Positions 60,002 to 64,000 of a stretch of DNA of 64,000 nt are shown here, one piece after another. The DNA lies in contig OY969934.1 in the NCBI GenBank assembly GCA_963704725.1, forward strand, positions 800,001 through 864,000. The letters are read 5' to 3'. The DNA is from an uncultured Actinomycetes bacterium (GTDB lineage Bacteria; Actinomycetota; UBA4738; HRBIN12). Made by a program: the position numbers and the translations under genes. Position 1 is the stretch's first letter. Each line of letters begins with the position of its first letter. Under the pieces are notes generated by a model, which was not told the origin of the DNA, searched no databases, and saw only the letters and a list, made by a program, of their open reading frames with translations.

Positions 60002-61729
60002 ATGGCCGGTGCGCTCGAAAGGATCGATGAGCTGCTTGAGGTGACTTATCGCTCAGCGGATCTGGGGAACGTTGAGACCCGCTCTCCGAAACCGTGTACA
60101 TCCTCCTCGCCAAACAGACGCGAGAGACCGTGTACCGCCCGATGTTCAAGCGCCTACACGAGCGGTTCCCCCGGTGGATTGACATCTTGGAGGCATCCCC
60201 GTCTGAGGTCGAGGACGTCCTCCGTTCGGGCGGCTTCCAAAGGCAACGCACCGCGCAACTGAGGGCGCTCCTCAAGGCCATCCTGCAAGAGAACCTAACG
60301 CGTGATACGGGACCGGCGAAGGGGGAGGATCTCACACTCGGGTACCTGCGTGAGTTAGGAGACGCCGAAGTGGAGCGGTCTCTTCTTCGGCTCCCTGGAA
60401 TAGGCCCCAAGTCAGCGCGGTGCGTGATGTCCTACGCCCTTGGCAGGCACCGGTTTGCCGTGGACACTCACGTTCACCGGATCTTCCAGCGTCTCGGGTT
60501 GCGTCCGTCCAAGGGCCGGAAGAACGATCATGATCCATTCGAGGCGATCGTCCCTGAGAAGATGCGCAAGCGTCTGCACGTGAATCTGGTCCATCACGGG
60601 CGCGCCGATCTGCCGTACAACGAAACCACGTTGCGGTGATTGTGTCCTCGTGTCGTTCTGCCATGAAGGCGTTGCTCGACTTCGCAAGGGACAGGACACG
60701 AGGCCACGCGCTGTCGATCTGTTTGCGGGAGCCGGGGGCATGGGGCTGGGATTCCGGCAAGCTGGCTACCGTATCGTGGCAGCCGTTGAGCAGGATCGCC
60801 ACGCTGCCCAGACTTATCGAGCGAACAATCCAGGAGTGCCGGTGATTGAAGCAGATGTGACGAGACTCAGCGGTAGGGATCTCAGCAAGTACGTGCCGGG
60901 GCGAGGCGGTCTGGAGGTTCTCCTTGCCGGGCCACCTTGCCAGGGATACTCAGCCGCGGGAGCGCGTCAGCCGGAGGACCCACGCAATCAGATGTTCCGC
61001 CATGTCAGTAGGCTCGCGAGCGAACTCAGGGCGAGGGTCGTAATCTTCGAGAACGTCCCCGGTCTGCGGCGGGTCAATGGCACGGGGTTCCTGCCCAGCA
61101 TCCTTAGTTCCCTGCGAGCCCGGCGGTACCGTGCCAGAGCGCATCTGGTGACGGCGTCGGACTTCGGCGTGCCGCAGAACAGGAGGCGCTACTTCATACT
61201 TGCGCGGCAGGCCGATGCTGGCGGTCCTCTCCCGCCACCGCCAGCAACACACCGTCTTCCAGGCGGCATGGGATCTGAAGGCCTACCTGTAACGCCCACC
61301 GTGCTTGAGACTCTCCGTAGTCTTCCCGCATTCGGACCCGGCGAGCAGGCCGAGTGGCGAACGCTCCCGGACGGATCCGAGCTCCTGAACGCGTCGACCA
61401 TGGATCATTCGGATGCGGTGATAGCGAAGATCAGGAGGATCAAACCGGGCGGCGGTCCGATCTCGTACCGCCGGCTTGAAGGCGATCTAGCGCGAACTCT
61501 GGTCGCGGGGCACCGTGCCTTGCCGGTCCATCCGACGGTCGATAGGACAATGTCCGTCCGCGAGGCCGCCCGGCTCCAGGGGTTCCCCGACAACTACGTG
61601 TTCTGCGGGCCGAGAGCGGATCAACCGCTGCAGGTCGCCAACGCCGTGCCGCCTCCAGTCGCGCGAGCGCTAGGTCAGCACCTTCTCCCTCATGTGGCGG
61701 CTCGGAAGGCTCTCGCTTCGCGATCGTGA
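60002..61729 (+). CDS. HhH-GPD/EndoIII glycosylase - DNA cytosine-5 methyltransferase fusion (frameshifts ~60077, ~60607)
   Basis: LPGIGPKSA, VDTHV; CRTTKPRCGDCVLVSFC runs in frame into DLFAGAGG, PPCQ, ENV, QNRRR, REAARLQGFP, NAVPP. Confidence 0.8.
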
Positions 61730-62042
61730 ACGGCGCTCGAGTCTGACTGAGAGTTCCTTGTTGTACCTATCATGCTTGCCATTGCCCGCTCCGCCACGAA
61801 TCCACGAGCATCGAGCGTCAGCCGCCGTGTCCCCCCTCCCGGCGGTGGCGTCGTGTCGGGTGGGTCTCCAGCTCGAGGAACGTACGCCCTCTTGACGGTC
61901 ATGACATCCTGATCAGATGGCGATCGTCCGCGTGCGCGCGCGCCGCTTGATTGGCTCGGCCCTCGATCACTCAGTGCCGTGTCTCATTCCTCTCGCTACA
62001 ACAGATCCGATCCGCACGGACAGCTGCGCAGTGCCTTGGGAC

Positions 62043-63299
62043 TGCCCCAGAGTTTGGTTGACTCCTGAGCTGGGAGGATGACCCTCCCGGGAAGGAGACT
62101 CCACATGCCCCAGGTGTACCCCCTGGAGTTCCGCTGGGACGTCGTCGCCGTGGCCAGGCGCAGAGAAGCCCCGCTCACCCAGATCGCCAAGGACTTCGGC
62201 GTCTCCCCGACGTGTCTGCACCGCTGGTTGAAGCGGGCAGAGATCGAAGACGGCGTCCGTGACGGCCTGCATGCTCGCCGAGGAGGCCGAGATCCGTGGG
62301 CTTCCGCAAGCGCAACCGGCTGCTCGAGCAGGAGAACGAGGTCCTTCGCCGGGCCGCCATCTACCTGGGCCAGGGTGTCCTCCCAAAATGATGTACCCGC
62401 TGGTCCGCGAGCTGGCCGTCGACGGCATCCCCGTCACGGTGACCTGCCGGGTGCTCGGGTTCTCCACCCAGGCCTAGCTACAAGTGGCGCTCGAACCCGG
62501 TCTCGGATCGGGGACTGGTCCGACGCCCACCTCGTCGACGCCGCCCTGCGGACGTCCACGCCGACGACCCCGCCTTCGGCTACCGGTTCATCGCCGACGA
62601 GCTGGCCGCGGAGCACGGGATCACCGCGAGCGAGAACCGGGTGCACCGTCTGTGCAGCGCACACGGCATCTTCTCCGCGCTCGCCCACAAGGCCGGCCGG
62701 CGCCCCAGGCCCGGAGAAGCGGTGGCGGACGACCTGGTCCGCCGGGTCTTCGCCGCCGACGTTCCCAACGCCCTCTGGTACACCGACATCACGGAGCACC
62801 GCACGGACGAGGGCAAGCTCTACCTGTGCTGCGCTGAAGGACGCCTGCTCGGGTCGCATCGTGGGCTACTCGATGGACCTCGAGGATGAAGGCCTCCCTC
62901 GCGGTGGCGGCCGTCCGCAACGCCATCGAGCTTCGCCGGGCCCGTGCTTATACTGTGCTGCACTCCGACAGGGGCAGCCAATTCCGCTCCAAGAAGTTCG
63001 TCCGGCTGCTCCGCAACCACGGCCTCCTCGGGTCGATGGGCCGCACCGGCACCTGCGCCGACAACGCCGCCATGGAGTCGTTCTTCGCCCTGCTGCAGCA
63101 CAACGGGCTGGACCGGGGGCGCTGGCAGACCAGGGAGGAGCTCCGCCTGGCGATCGTCACCTGGATCGAACGCACCACCACCGCCGGCGCCGTCAGCGGG
63201 CCCTCGGTAAGCTCACCCCGATCGAGTTCGAGGCCGTGCACGAGGTCGCTTAAGCGGCCTGAAAGCCGTCAACCCCGCGAGTCAACCAAACCTGGGGCA
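62043..63299 (+). mobile_element. IS3-family element with multiply frameshifted transposase
   Basis: IRs tgccccag..tttggttgactc / gagtcaaccaaa..ctggggca; 3-bp target duplication GAC; WYTDITEH, HSDRGSQF, DNAAMESFF. Confidence 0.9.
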
Positions 63300-63375
63300 G
63301 ACCCACCCGAGGTTGACCGGATGTCGGCGGACTCCAACCAGGAGGGGGAAGTGGGAAGTGATGGGCACGGTGAGG

Positions 63376-64000
63376 CTACCCAGCGCATAGCAGATCGGCA
63401 GTCGCATGAACTAGGTCGGCGATCAAGGCCATGGCTGTGTCGCATTGCTTGACCACATTCGCGGGTGCCCGATGGTTGCGTTGGACGCTCGGGGAGGACG
63501 GGTTGGCGTAGTCCAGCTGATGCGCGATGTCGTTGCGGGCCTTGAAGAAGCCGTCGAGCGCGGAGAACCGCCTAGACGGGAGCCTTAGGTTCGTGATGCC
63601 GAGCACATCCCTTACCCGTTCCTTGAGGTCACTGCTGCCCTGGAAGCTCGCTTTGGTCATGGCGCCCATATAGCGCTCGATGAGCTGGGACCTCGGATCT
63701 GCGGCGGCGATCGCATCGAGCAGTCCATCGGGTGGCTTTGGCTCGTAGAGTTGGCTCTTCAGGTACTCGCGGAATCGGACTTCTGCGGTACCTCCGCGAT
63801 GCAACAGTACTGGTAGGGCGTCGCGGATCAGCTGTTGACAGCACGCGTCGATTCCACTGGACGTGAAGACCAGGGCGGCACGAAGCAGGTTCACCTGATC
63901 CCGGCTCAACCGGCCCTTTGTACTGCCCTTCGCTTGGCTGGCAACCTCTCGGATGCGCGAGAAGCTGTCGAGCAGGCCGGTGACGCTCTCGTGGGTGGCC
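63376..64000 (-). CDS. HEPN-domain protein (RiboL-PSP-HEPN-like), 5' end beyond the window
   Basis: LLRAALVFTSSGID, SFQ, RNDIAH (Rx4H); frame open to the window edge. Confidence 0.75.
   Translation of the reverse strand, partial: ATHESVTGLLDSFSRIREVASQAKGSTKGRLSRDQVNLLRAALVFTSSGIDACCQQLIRDALPVLLHRGGTAEVRFREYLKSQLYEPKPPDGLLDAIAAADPRSQLIERYMGAMTKASFQGSSDLKERVRDVLGITNLRLPSRRFSALDGFFKARNDIAHQLDYANPSSPSVQRNHRAPANVVKQCDTAMALIADLVHATADLLCAG

Larger units (their letters stand above)
44593..64000. mobile_element. Putative integrated element / defence island on the 5' side of tRNA-Arg; right boundary not seen
   Basis: Mobility genes abut the tRNA; defence cargo; visibly lower GC from ~49.5 kb; IS insertion. 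Confidence 0.55.

Noticed and set aside
49719-61729. DISARM or BREX
   Set aside because: Helicase and DUF1998 are in one giant protein rather than separate DrmA/DrmB; no PLD, PglZ, PglX or BrxC motifs seen

Overview
High-GC DNA that looks actinobacterial. Positions ~1-37.1 kb are ordinary housekeeping and secretome genes: USP, M14 peptidase, GH9, DUF1996/beta-propeller, VWA, HAD, secreted metallopeptidase, adenylate cyclase, 5'-nucleotidase, GH15 plus glucose dehydrogenase, an ABC-2 exporter, an Opp/Dpp importer, a serine hydrolase and a GNAT. From ~37.2 kb the window is accessory DNA organised around a tRNA-Arg(CCT) at 44517-44592 (- strand). The tRNA's 3' side holds small genes, a candidate ~220-nt structured ncRNA, nested IS3 copies, a HEPN protein and a trypsin-like protease. 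Immediately on its 5' side is an unusual operon of a Cas4-like nuclease, two tyrosine-recombinase homologues that appear catalytically dead, and a DDE transposase-like gene. This is followed by a visibly lower-GC defence locus: a Druantia-like DruC/DruD/DruE-type core, a PD-(D/E)XK nuclease and an apparent HhH-GPD/4Fe-4S glycosylase fused to a C5 DNA methyltransferase, then another IS3 and a HEPN gene. Many island genes carry short frameshifts, which may be sequencing errors. All family calls come from motif recognition by eye; no database searches were run.
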